DNA of 64,000 nucleotides, taken from the NCBI GenBank assembly GCA_050294405.1, contig JBNKOC010000008.1:62755-126754 (forward strand), read 5' to 3'. Positions within the stretch are counted from its first letter, which is position 1, and every line of letters begins with the position of its first letter. A program made the position numbers and the translations under genes. A model generated the notes under the pieces. That model made no database searches and was not told where the DNA came from. It saw only the letters and a program-made list of their open reading frames with translations. Below are positions 8,237 to 17,217 of this stretch, in pieces. This stretch comes from Fibrobacteria bacterium. Lineage in GTDB: Bacteria > Fibrobacterota > Fibrobacteria > UBA11236 > JADFYW01.

Positions 8237-10897
8237 ATGAAAAAGTTAACCTATCTCAGTCAACAAGCCTTTGACGGGGCGCACAATATCCAGAAAAATG
8301 CAGGGCATCCTGAACTAAATTCTGTTCATTTGTTAAAGGGAATTTTGGATGTGGGCCAGGCAGTTTTGGAAAAACCTCTTAGGGAGTTGAAAATCAATGC
8401 GCAGGAGCTGCTTCAAAAGGCCGATCAGAATTTACAAAAGATGGCCGTGGTTTCCGGTTCCCAGACGGAGCCACAAACATCATCTGACTTAAGGAAAGTC
8501 TTGAATGCGGCAGATAGCAATGCAGGCCAAATGGGGGATGAAGTTATAACCATTGAACATATCTTTTTGGGCATGCTTGAGAACAAACAGTGTTCCGAGT
8601 TAAGAGATGTATTTGCAAATGTTACTAGCAATGTATTTGAAGCTCAAAATGCCTTTAAACGTTACCGTGGGGGCAAAGGAAAGTCTAATCGAAAGGCGGA
8701 TTCCCAAAACGCCGAAGAGCAGTTTAATGCTTTGGGAAAATTTGGAATGGATTTGGTGAATGCCGCCAAGGAAGGAAAGCTGGATCCCGTTATTGGACGG
8801 GATGAAGAAATCCGCAGGGTAATACGGATACTGTCCCGCAAAACCAAAAACAATCCTGTTCTGGTAGGAGAGCCCGGAGTGGGTAAAACTGCCATTGCCG
8901 AAGGGTTGGCACAGCGTATAGTAAAAGGAGATGTTCCCGAAACTTTAAAAGATAAAACAATTTTTAGCCTGAATTTGGGATCCTTATTAGCTGGCGCAAA
9001 ATACCGTGGGGACTTTGAAGAAAGGCTCAAATCGGTTTTGGAAGAAATCGAATCTTCGGAAGGAAATATCATTTTATTTATAGATGAACTCCACACTATT
9101 GTGGGTGCCGGAAAGACAGAAGGCTCCATGGATTTGGGTAATATGTTAAAGCCCAAATTGGCTCGGGGCGAGTTGCATTGTATAGGAGCTACCACATTAA
9201 ACGAATATCAAAAATATATTGAAAAAGATGCCGCTCTGGAGAGAAGGTTCCAAAAGGTAATGGTGGATGAGCCCAGTGTGGAAGAAGCCATTTCTATTTT
9301 GCGGGGAATTAAGGAACGCTTTGATAAACATCATGGGGTCCGTCTTCAGGATTCAGCCCTGGTGAGTGCTGTTAAACTGTCACATCGATACATATCCGAC
9401 CGTTATTTGCCGGATAAGGCTATTGACCTGATTGACGAGGCAGCAGCCACGGTTAAAATTCAATTGGATACCGTACCCGAATCACTGGATAGCCTTCAAC
9501 GCAAACTCCTGCAAATGCAAATTGAAGAAAAGGCTCTTAAAAAGGAAAGGGATGCCAAAAGCAAGGAGCGTTATAACGAACTTAAAACCCAAATTTCGGA
9601 AATTCAAAAAGTAGTTGAGTCGCAAACCAACCAATGGAAAGCCCATCGGGAGCGCATTGAAAATATTAGAAAACTGCAGGAAGAGCTTGATGAAATAAAA
9701 CGGCAAATCCAAAAAGCAGAAAGTGAATATGATTTAAACAAAGCTGCAGAACTTAAATACAACAAGCTTGTGGCGGCAGAAAATAAATTGGAGAGCTTTC
9801 GCAATTCCGTGGAAAGTTATGGAAGCGAAATTTCAGAAGAGGTGAGCTCCGCAAACATCGCTGAGGTGGTATCCCGATGGACAGGAATCCCCATTCACAA
9901 CTTGCACCAAACAGAACGCCATAAAATACTGGAATTACCTCAGACTCTTAAAAACAGGGTGGTTGGCCAGGATGAAGCGGTGGATATTATTGCCAATGCC
10001 ATACTTAGAAACAAGGCTGGCATAAAAGAAGACAAGGGCCCCATTGGAAGTTTCTTGTTCTTAGGCCCTACCGGAGTTGGAAAAACAGAACTAACCCGTG
10101 CGCTCGCGGCTGCTCTGTTTGACGTTGAAGAAAACATGGTACGCATCGATATGAGTGAATACATGGAAAAGCACTCCGTGGCCAAATTAATTGGAGCTCC
10201 TCCGGGTTATGTGGGGTATGATGAAGGTGGCCAGCTTACTGAGGCTATTCGTCGCAAACCCTATAGCGTCATTCTCTTGGACGAAATTGAAAAAGCCCAT
10301 ACAGATGTATACAATATGTTGCTGCAAATTTTTGAGGATGGCCGATTAACAGATGCCAAGGGTAGGGCGGTTAATTTTAAAAACACCCTTATTATCATGA
10401 CTTCGAACATAGGAGCAGAACGTTTTTTATCTGAAGGGAAAATAAAAAAAGAGGATATGATGCACTTGCTGAGGCAAACCTTCAAGCCTGAATTAATCAA
10501 CCGCCTGGATGGAATCATACCTTTTAATCCATTAACATCAGACAAAATGGGTAAAATTGTAGAACTTCGACTTGCAGAGCTTGCGGCAAGGTTAAAAGAT
10601 TTGGACATCCATTTTGTTCCCAGTCAAAATGCAATTGAACAAATCGCCTCCCAAAGTTTTGAAAAAGAATTCGGGGCCAGGCCGGTAAAACGTTTTATTC
10701 GGGATAAACTGGAAACTCCTTTAAGCCGGATGCTTATTTCCGATGAGCTGAAAAAGGGAGACACTGTCACAGTCCTGGTTAAAGATGGCGAATTTGAATT
10801 TAGGGTGACTCCCAATGGAAAAAGCCTGGATTTCGCTCAAAATTCTGGAGCGCAGCCGGAGGAAAACCAGTCCGAAAAATTTAAAAGAGCCTCGTAA
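8237..10897 (+). CDS. clpB: ATP-dependent chaperone ClpB
   Basis: Two AAA modules (GEPGVGKT, FIDELH; GPTGVGKT, RIDMSEY, LLDEIEKAH) with a long coiled-coil middle domain. Start moved from 8171 to ATG 8237 (GGAGG at 8227-8231). Confidence 0.95.
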   Translation: MKKLTYLSQQAFDGAHNIQKNAGHPELNSVHLLKGILDVGQAVLEKPLRELKINAQELLQKADQNLQKMAVVSGSQTEPQTSSDLRKVLNAADSNAGQMGDEVITIEHIFLGMLENKQCSELRDVFANVTSNVFEAQNAFKRYRGGKGKSNRKADSQNAEEQFNALGKFGMDLVNAAKEGKLDPVIGRDEEIRRVIRILSRKTKNNPVLVGEPGVGKTAIAEGLAQRIVKGDVPETLKDKTIFSLNLGSLLAGAKYRGDFEERLKSVLEEIESSEGNIILFIDELHTIVGAGKTEGSMDLGNMLKPKLARGELHCIGATTLNEYQKYIEKDAALERRFQKVMVDEPSVEEAISILRGIKERFDKHHGVRLQDSALVSAVKLSHRYISDRYLPDKAIDLIDEAAATVKIQLDTVPESLDSLQRKLLQMQIEEKALKKERDAKSKERYNELKTQISEIQKVVESQTNQWKAHRERIENIRKLQEELDEIKRQIQKAESEYDLNKAAELKYNKLVAAENKLESFRNSVESYGSEISEEVSSANIAEVVSRWTGIPIHNLHQTERHKILELPQTLKNRVVGQDEAVDIIANAILRNKAGIKEDKGPIGSFLFLGPTGVGKTELTRALAAALFDVEENMVRIDMSEYMEKHSVAKLIGAPPGYVGYDEGGQLTEAIRRKPYSVILLDEIEKAHTDVYNMLLQIFEDGRLTDAKGRAVNFKNTLIIMTSNIGAERFLSEGKIKKEDMMHLLRQTFKPELINRLDGIIPFNPLTSDKMGKIVELRLAELAARLKDLDIHFVPSQNAIEQIASQSFEKEFGARPVKRFIRDKLETPLSRMLISDELKKGDTVTVLVKDGEFEFRVTPNGKSLDFAQNSGAQPEENQSEKFKRAS

Positions 10898-10932
10898 TAT
10901 GCTATGTTTTCCCTGGCAATAAAGGGGAAAAC

Positions 10933-11424
10933 ATGGCAGACAACAAGGAAGTGGGACTTTCCCATATAAGTAAAGACAACCAGCCCACTATGGTGGATGT
11001 GAGCCACAAGGCAAATACCCGCAGGGAGGCTAAGGCCGAAGGCCGGGTCTATTTGCCTCCCCCAATTTCCTCCCTATTTCAGGATGGAGATATTGTGGGT
11101 CCCAAAGGTCCGGTCTTTCAAACCGCTATTGTGGCGGCCACCCAGGGCTCCAAAAAAACCTGGGATTTAATTCCCTTCTGCCACCCCATTCCTTTGGAAA
11201 ATATTTCCATTGAAATAAAAATGGAAAAGGAGGGCTTAGCCCATGTATTGGCCACGGCCGTGACCACAGGAAAAACTGGAGTGGAAATGGAAGCTCTAAC
11301 TGCAGTTAGCCTGGCCTGTTTAACTATTTATGATATGTGCAAAGCCATGTCACATGAAATGGAAATAAGGGATATTAGATTGCTTTCCAAATCCGGCGGC
11401 AAATCCGATTATAGACAGCACTAA
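10933..11424 (+). CDS. moaC: cyclic pyranopterin monophosphate synthase MoaC
   Basis: MVDVSHK, LIPFCHP, TGVEMEAL, TIYDMCKA, KSGGKS. Confidence 0.95.
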   Translation: MADNKEVGLSHISKDNQPTMVDVSHKANTRREAKAEGRVYLPPPISSLFQDGDIVGPKGPVFQTAIVAATQGSKKTWDLIPFCHPIPLENISIEIKMEKEGLAHVLATAVTTGKTGVEMEALTAVSLACLTIYDMCKAMSHEMEIRDIRLLSKSGGKSDYRQH

Positions 11425-11530
11425 AAATTGGGCGTCGCAAGCTCCTTCAAGCTAGGCAGGACCTCAATTTCAGTATCCTTAGTTCCTCTTTGTGCGCTTT
11501 GTCTAAAATTGCGATCATTAATTTTTAGAG
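11421..11530. repeat. dispersed MITE/REP-like structured element, copy A
   Basis: 11442-11530 aligns without gaps to 27539-27627 (65/89 identical, hand count). Imperfect terminal inverted repeat CTAAAAATTGGGCGTCGCAA / TTGCGATCATTAATTTTTAG. Confidence 0.7.
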
Positions 11531-11568
11531 GCCCCCTCAAAAAGAAATCCTTGATTCAAAGCCCGATT

Positions 11569-12609
11569 TTAACAGGGTTGGCTTTGAACATATTCTGCCA
11601 ATCTTTTAACATTTTCCACTGGAGTTCCAGGAAGAATGCCGTGGCCTAAATTAAAAATATGCCCTGGCTTGCCCTTTGTGCTTTTAAGGATGGCATCGGT
11701 TTCCTGTTTTATGTAATCCCAGTTTCCGAACAAGGCTGTTGGATCGAGGTTTCCCTGAACTCCGGTACAACCCAGTTTATCCCATAATGGTTGAATGGGA
11801 GTTCTCCAATCAAAGCCCAATACATCCGCTCCGGCTTTTGCAAGGCTGTCCATAAATGTGCCGGCCCCGGTCCCAAAAAATATGACAGGGACTTTTCCTT
11901 TCACTGCGGAAATTATTTTTTGGGTGTGAGGCAAAACAAAAGATTCAAAGTCCCTGGGGGAGAGGGCGCCAATCCAACTGTCAAAAAGCTGAACTGCATG
12001 TACTCCGCATTTTATCTGATAGTTTAAATATTCAATAACATCCTGCGAAAGCTTTTCCATGAGCATATGCCAGGATTTAGCGTCTCCGTACATTAGTTTT
12101 TTCACGTTCTCATAATTTTTACTGCCTTTGCCTTCTATGGCGTAGGAAGCAAGGGTGAAAGGGGCGCCGGAAAATCCGATAAGGGGAATCCCTTCGGGTA
12201 AACCATCACATATGATCTGAATGCTTTTTCCCACAAACCCAAGGCTATCTTCCACAGAAAAGCTTTTTAAATTTTGGATGTCTTTATCGCTGCGAATAGG
12301 GTTCGAAATATAGGGGCCTATTCCAGTTGGGTAATCCAAATCCAGTCCCAATGGCTCCAAAATCAGGGGCAAATCGGAAAATAAAATGGCCGCATCCACA
12401 TTTAAAATTCGCTGGGCATCTAATGTTACTTTTGCCGCCAATTCAGGAGTTTTGCAAAAATCCAGAAAATTGTCTGCCTTGGCTTTGTCTTCCTGATATT
12501 CATTCATATAACGTCCTGCCTGACGCATAAACCAAACAGGTCTGTATTCGGTGGGAAGTCCCGCACAGGCTTTTAGAAAAGTCGAATTGTTAACGCTTGT
12601 TTTAGTCAG
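11569..12609 (-). CDS. hemE: uroporphyrinogen decarboxylase HemE
   Basis: FLKAC..RPVWFMRQAGRY, AAILFSDL, LIGFSGAPFTLASY, QGNLDP, IFNLGHGI. Conserved N-terminus extends upstream of ATG 12528; probable CTG start at 12609. Confidence 0.93.
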   Translation of the reverse strand: MTKTSVNNSTFLKACAGLPTEYRPVWFMRQAGRYMNEYQEDKAKADNFLDFCKTPELAAKVTLDAQRILNVDAAILFSDLPLILEPLGLDLDYPTGIGPYISNPIRSDKDIQNLKSFSVEDSLGFVGKSIQIICDGLPEGIPLIGFSGAPFTLASYAIEGKGSKNYENVKKLMYGDAKSWHMLMEKLSQDVIEYLNYQIKCGVHAVQLFDSWIGALSPRDFESFVLPHTQKIISAVKGKVPVIFFGTGAGTFMDSLAKAGADVLGFDWRTPIQPLWDKLGCTGVQGNLDPTALFGNWDYIKQETDAILKSTKGKPGHIFNLGHGILPGTPVENVKRLAEYVQSQPC

Positions 12610-13918
12610 AATTTTGTCCTTCGCTAGAGGTTTTACTGGATAAATTTAAATCGAAAATTACATTGGCAAACTGGCTTATCTTTTTTGCCTCGCCATTGCC
12701 GCTCAGTTGCTTGATACCCGTGAATGTACTGTGCAAAATCTTATTAATGAGTCCCTGGCTGAAATTTTGAACCTGTTTTAAGGTTTGGGGATCCAACTTG
12801 GAAGCTTTGTTTTCGAGCTCTGCCTCCAGAATAGATTGAAACTTTCCCCGGATTTCCTGAAGGACGTTACTCACATTGAGTTGGGCAAACCAGGTTTCAA
12901 ATTTTTGAACTTCTTCATCTATTATTTGGCGAGCTTGCTCGGAAGCTTCCTGGCGCATGGCCACGTTTTCACCGATTACTTTTTTAAGATCATCAATGGT
13001 GAAAACAAAGACATCATCCACATCTCCAGCTGCAGGGTCAATGTCTCGGGGAGCAGCAATATCGATAAAAAACTGGATTTTCCCCCCACGCTTTTTAGCG
13101 CTTTCTTTAACATGGGACTCGGTAATAACAACATCTCTTGCCCCGGTGGCCGATATGATAATATCGCAAAATTGAAGGTGGGAACTCAACTCTTCCAGAG
13201 AGCGGGTTTCCCCATTGTACTTGGAAGCTAATTTTTCCGCATTGGCTACAGAGCGATTAAAAAAGAGGAACTTCTTAACATTGCAGCGGCTTAAGTGTCC
13301 CGCAGTAAGCTCTCCCATTTCGCCAGATCCGATAACACCTATAACCTTGTCTTCCAGGTTTTTGCCTAAAACCTTTTTAGCCAACTCCACCGCAGCGTAG
13401 CTTATACTCACCGCTCCTTCATTGAGGTGGGTTTCGCTTCGCACCCTTTTGCCAACCTTAAAAGCCTGTTGAAAAAGATTATTGAAGTAAAACTTGACCA
13501 TTTGATTGTCTACGGCAAATTGATAGGCATCGCGAACCTGACCCAAAATCTGGTTTTCACCTATGATCATGGAATCCAAGGAACATACCACATTAAATAA
13601 ATGGACTATGGAATCCAGATGTGTCCATTCGTAACTGTGCTTTTGAATTTCTTCGGGATTCAGCTTCTTGATTCGGGCCCAATGCCGATAAATAGCGTCA
13701 ATGGCTTCTTTTGGATTTTTACTTGAAAGGTAAACTTCGCTGCGATTGCAGGTGGAAACGATAACGGCTTCGTTGGATGCATCGTTTTCCAGACAGCACT
13801 TTGCCATTTCCAGAATCTGGTTTTCTTCAAAATGGACCTTGTCCCGAAGTTCCACAGGGGCGGTAATGTGGTTTAATCCCACCACTAATGTATGCAGTTC
13901 CCCCTGTGAATGGTTCAT
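12602..13918 (-). CDS. hemA: glutamyl-tRNA reductase HemA
   Basis: GLNHITAPVELR, STCNRSEVY, SLDSMIIGENQILGQV, IGSGEMG, DIAAPRDID. Confidence 0.96.
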   Translation of the reverse strand: MNHSQGELHTLVVGLNHITAPVELRDKVHFEENQILEMAKCCLENDASNEAVIVSTCNRSEVYLSSKNPKEAIDAIYRHWARIKKLNPEEIQKHSYEWTHLDSIVHLFNVVCSLDSMIIGENQILGQVRDAYQFAVDNQMVKFYFNNLFQQAFKVGKRVRSETHLNEGAVSISYAAVELAKKVLGKNLEDKVIGVIGSGEMGELTAGHLSRCNVKKFLFFNRSVANAEKLASKYNGETRSLEELSSHLQFCDIIISATGARDVVITESHVKESAKKRGGKIQFFIDIAAPRDIDPAAGDVDDVFVFTIDDLKKVIGENVAMRQEASEQARQIIDEEVQKFETWFAQLNVSNVLQEIRGKFQSILEAELENKASKLDPQTLKQVQNFSQGLINKILHSTFTGIKQLSGNGEAKKISQFANVIFDLNLSSKTSSEGQNSD

Positions 13919-14724
13919 TGAAACCCGTGGCCTAAAAATTGGGTGGCTAGCATAATAAAAAATCCTGAAATAACAGCATAGGCGAAACGCGCGCTTCTGA
14001 GTTTACCAAACTTTCTCACCAGCACAATAGCGGAGAAGAAAAACAGAATTCCAAAAACCCCCATTTCCATGGCAGACATGCCTCCCTGGGAGTTGGCCTT
14101 GTGGGCTGAGGCCCATCCAATAAAGCCACTGACCACCATTAATATAATGCCTAACGAAATCCAGATGGCCATAAGGCTTTCCATTTTATCTAACGGTGGG
14201 AGCCTGCGGAACACCACATCAAAGTTTTTAGCCTTTAATTTTCTAAAGAGAATAATATACATGGTGGAAATAATGGCCCCAATAGTAAAGCAGGCATAAG
14301 ATGTAAGGCTGGCCACAATGTGGAAGGAAAACAGGCTGCCCAAATTTTTTTCCGGAGAAATGGGTGCTGCGGAGACTAAAAACAAAGAGAACCAAACGCT
14401 AAGGGAAGTGGGAATAACAGTGAAAATTCCCAGGTGGATGGTTTTTGAAAAAAACTCGCTTATTAATTGAGAAATGCAAAGAATTAATCCACAAAAAAGT
14501 AAGGCCTCTCCAGGAGTAGCCAAAGGACATCGGCTGTTAACCATGCCCAACTCCAATAAAAAAAGCGAATGAAAAAACAGAGCTACAAATAAAGAGCTTC
14601 TAACTGCTGCAGCGCTACCCTGATTTTCAGAAATGAAAAATCGCCAATAAAAAAAGCTGGAAGCAGCATAGGCCAGGCACATTGCGGTGGCAGTGAGGTA
14701 ATAGAAAACTTCCATAATTATCAT
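13915..14724 (-). CDS. cytochrome c assembly family membrane protein (CcsA/HemX-like)
   Basis: About 8 TM helices with conserved His (FHSL, FHIV) and the LK.K..RLPPLDKME motif; sits directly upstream of hemA. Confidence 0.8.
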   Translation of the reverse strand: MIIMEVFYYLTATAMCLAYAASSFFYWRFFISENQGSAAAVRSSLFVALFFHSLFLLELGMVNSRCPLATPGEALLFCGLILCISQLISEFFSKTIHLGIFTVIPTSLSVWFSLFLVSAAPISPEKNLGSLFSFHIVASLTSYACFTIGAIISTMYIILFRKLKAKNFDVVFRRLPPLDKMESLMAIWISLGIILMVVSGFIGWASAHKANSQGGMSAMEMGVFGILFFFSAIVLVRKFGKLRSARFAYAVISGFFIMLATQFLGHGFQ

Positions 14725-14857
14725 TCCCCAGGTTTAACAGGGTATTCCATATTTCCCTTAAATTGAGAAAATAAGAGAAAAATCGGCAAATGTTAAGAAA
14801 AACCTGGTTAAATGCCAAAAAGTCTCATTTTAGCCAAAAATTGGGGCTTGTCCCTGG

Positions 14858-14893
14858 AAAAAGAAAGCGGGCGAGTCGGGGGACTCGCCCGCT
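14858..14893 (-). terminator. intrinsic terminator (12-bp perfect GC-rich stem)
   Basis: AGCGGGCGAGTC-CCCC-GACTCGCCCGCT followed by TTCTTTTT on the minus strand. Confidence 0.8.
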
Positions 14894-14957
14894 ATGGTGG
14901 GTATTCGATATTCCAATTTTGGGGGTTGGAATATCTTGGTAGGGTTTTTTTGGATGT
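14858..14957 (-). ncRNA. candidate ~100-nt small RNA (or attenuator leader of ccsA-hemA-hemE)
   Basis: Upstream promoter, a 10-bp hairpin (14907-14935), a 12-bp terminator hairpin and C-rich single-stranded segments. Confidence 0.55.
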
Positions 14958-14963
14958 ATGTAG

Positions 14964-14992
14964 GTTGTATCATTTTTTTTACATTCATTCAA
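14964..14992 (-). promoter_or_regulatory. putative sigma70 promoter with extended -10
   Basis: TTGAAT (14992-14987), 17 nt spacer ending in TGn, TACAAC (14969-14964). Confidence 0.5.
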
Positions 14993-15247
14993 GTAAAATT
15001 TTTAATTATTAAACAAAAATTAAACGGTCTAAAGTTCATGACCATTATTTAAAGACTTGGGGCAATAAAATTTCTAGTTTTAAGCCAGACTGCATTTTTT
15101 AAAAATGAACAACCCCAAGCATTAAGCAGGTTGGTTATGCTCAAAATTAAAGGGCATCAATTTGCATCGGGATAATGTAAAGGGTAAGTAAACTGTCTAA
15201 ACAATTTGTGCACCCTTTCCCGGGGGCGGTTAAAAGGATTCTCTGTT

Positions 15248-17101
15248 ATGATACAGTTAAATACACTCACACCCACAGGAATATTGTTGGTAGACGATGA
15301 TCCAAGTTCTCTTGCGGTAATGGAAAGCAGCCTCAAGGCCGATTTCGAGATTTTTAAGTCTTCCAATGTTGCCGCTGCCCAAGATATTCTTAGCACTGGG
15401 AAGATCGCAGTTATTGTTTCAGATTTAAAAATGCCCGGAGAATCCGGGCTTGAACTTTTGAGAAAGGCCAAAGAAAATTTCCAGGATGTTCCCTTAATTT
15501 TGGTAACAGGCGAAGGAGACAAAAGTTCAGCCATAGAGGCCCTAAAGTTGGGAGCTTACGATTACATTGAAAAACCTATTCACAAGCAAGAATTATACAA
15601 TAGCGTCAAACATGCCTTTGATTCCTTTGCCTCAAAACACACTGCCCGGGAGTACCAAAGAGTTTTAAAGTTGTTGGAAGCGGGGGTCCAATGTGCAGGA
15701 GAAGCCATTTTTATTGGATACCTTTCTTCGGAAAATGGGGATGGGGTTATCGAATATGTGAACAATGCTTTTACCCGTCAAACAGGGTTGGCTGCCAAGG
15801 ATATTATCGGAAAGTCACCACGGGTATTTCAGGGGAAGGAATCTGACCCATTATTTCTGGAAAAATTGCGCTCTTCCATTGAAAATAATCGCGATTATTT
15901 AGGGGAAACTCTGAATTACCGGAAAAACGGCACCAGCTACTTTTCAGAGTGGCAAATAAGCCCTCTGTATCTTGATGAAACACCCACCAAGTACTGGATT
16001 TGTGTTATGCGCGACATTAAAGAAAAAAAGGTGGTAGAGGAAAGACTATTGCAAATAGAAAAAGAAGTGGAGTCTTTAAAAGGCAACCTGAAGGTTGAAA
16101 ACCTAAAATACCCTGGCGCTTTTCAAAATATTATTACTCAAAATTTGAAGATGTTTGGCCTATTCCATTACATCGAATTGATACAAAATTCTCAGCAACC
16201 CATTTTGCTTTGTGGGGAACCTGGAACCGGAAAGTCCTTATTGGCGGAGGCCATATATATTGCCTCAGGGATGCCGGGAGCTTTCCATCGTTTTGATTGT
16301 GATTTAGGAAGCACGCAGTTGGAATTGGATAAGCTCTTTCAATCCTTAAAGGATAATGGAAATAACGGAACCCCTAACGGCAGCAATGGAGCTCAAAAAG
16401 TTCAGGGGGTGGTCTACATAAGAAATGTGCACAAACTCCCCCTTCCCAGTCAGGCTAAATTACTCCGATTTTTACAAGAGCTGGAATTTCTGGGTATGAA
16501 TGATGTGAATAGCCTTTCCGGTGGGATTAAAATATTGGCTTCCACATCCAAATCACTTAATGAGTTGGCCGACTCTGGCAGTTTCAGAAGAGATTTGTAC
16601 TACAAGCTCTGTCACCATCAAATAGCCTTGCCAGCTCTTAGGGAAAGGGTGGATGATTTGCCGGTTCTCATAAACCATTTTCTGGCCATTGGAGCTCAAA
16701 CTATGGGGATGAATAAACCTTCTTATCCCAAAGAGCTTTTGACACTGCTTTCTGCCTATCATTTTCCCCAGAATGTGGAAGAGCTTAGAGATATGGTCTT
16801 TCGGGCTTTGGAAAACCACAATCGGGGTATATTATCCATGGATTCCTTCAAAGACTCACTGCAAAAAACAGAAAATGCTAAGGGAAGTTCTACTAGAGAC
16901 GCCATGGTGAAAGTGAATCGAAAAGAATCTTTAGTTTCTTTTTCCAGCCGTTTGCCTACACTAAGAGAGATGACCAGCGAACTAATTTTAGAAGCTCTGC
17001 GCCGCTCAAATGACAACCAGGGCATTGCTGCAAAAATTTTAGGAGTCAGCCGTCAGGCCTTAAACAAAAGGCTTAACCGCCTGGGCTCCGGCGATAATTA
17101 A
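15248..17101 (+). CDS. REC-PAS-AAA(degenerate)-Fis HTH transcriptional regulator
   Basis: REC (LVDDD, VSDLKMPG, YIEKP); PAS (YVNNAF, NYRKNG); Walker A GEPGTGKS; FRRDLYYKL; HTH NQGIAAKILGVSRQAL. GAFTGA loop absent. ATG 15248 preferred over TTG 15206. Confidence 0.85.
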   Translation: MIQLNTLTPTGILLVDDDPSSLAVMESSLKADFEIFKSSNVAAAQDILSTGKIAVIVSDLKMPGESGLELLRKAKENFQDVPLILVTGEGDKSSAIEALKLGAYDYIEKPIHKQELYNSVKHAFDSFASKHTAREYQRVLKLLEAGVQCAGEAIFIGYLSSENGDGVIEYVNNAFTRQTGLAAKDIIGKSPRVFQGKESDPLFLEKLRSSIENNRDYLGETLNYRKNGTSYFSEWQISPLYLDETPTKYWICVMRDIKEKKVVEERLLQIEKEVESLKGNLKVENLKYPGAFQNIITQNLKMFGLFHYIELIQNSQQPILLCGEPGTGKSLLAEAIYIASGMPGAFHRFDCDLGSTQLELDKLFQSLKDNGNNGTPNGSNGAQKVQGVVYIRNVHKLPLPSQAKLLRFLQELEFLGMNDVNSLSGGIKILASTSKSLNELADSGSFRRDLYYKLCHHQIALPALRERVDDLPVLINHFLAIGAQTMGMNKPSYPKELLTLLSAYHFPQNVEELRDMVFRALENHNRGILSMDSFKDSLQKTENAKGSSTRDAMVKVNRKESLVSFSSRLPTLREMTSELILEALRRSNDNQGIAAKILGVSRQALNKRLNRLGSGDN

Positions 17102-17106
17102 AAAAG

Positions 17107-17144
17107 AAAAAAAAAAAGAGCCCTGACCAGGAGGCTCTTTTTTT
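17107..17144. terminator. bidirectional intrinsic terminator
   Basis: AAAAAAAGAGCC-N10-GGCTCTTTTTTT with A-tract before and T-tract after. Confidence 0.8.
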
Positions 17145-17182
17145 ATTTAGGAGTTTTCAAAAGTCCGTTGCGCGAGTTATTT
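17108..17182 (-). ncRNA. candidate ~75-nt small RNA
   Basis: Near-consensus promoter immediately upstream, terminator at 17107-17144, no convincing ORF, exposed CUCCU motifs. Confidence 0.55.
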
Positions 17183-17188
17183 AATTTC

Positions 17189-17217
17189 ATTATATGGGAA
17201 ACCAACCAAGGTTTCAA
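17189..17217 (-). promoter_or_regulatory. near-consensus sigma70 promoter
   Basis: TTGAAA (17217-17212), 17 nt spacer, TATAAT (17194-17189). Confidence 0.7.

Noticed and set aside
11428..11649. 73-aa ORF on + strand
   Set aside because: Runs through the repeat element and antisense into hemE; no recognisable motifs.
14812..15012. 66-aa ORF on + strand
   Set aside because: Crosses two perfect hairpins, has no RBS or protein-like features; the non-coding minus-strand interpretation fits better.
15740..15960. LOV blue-light photoreceptor domain
   Set aside because: The photoactive Cys of GRNCRFLQG is absent (GKSPRVFQG); kept only as a LOV-like PAS.
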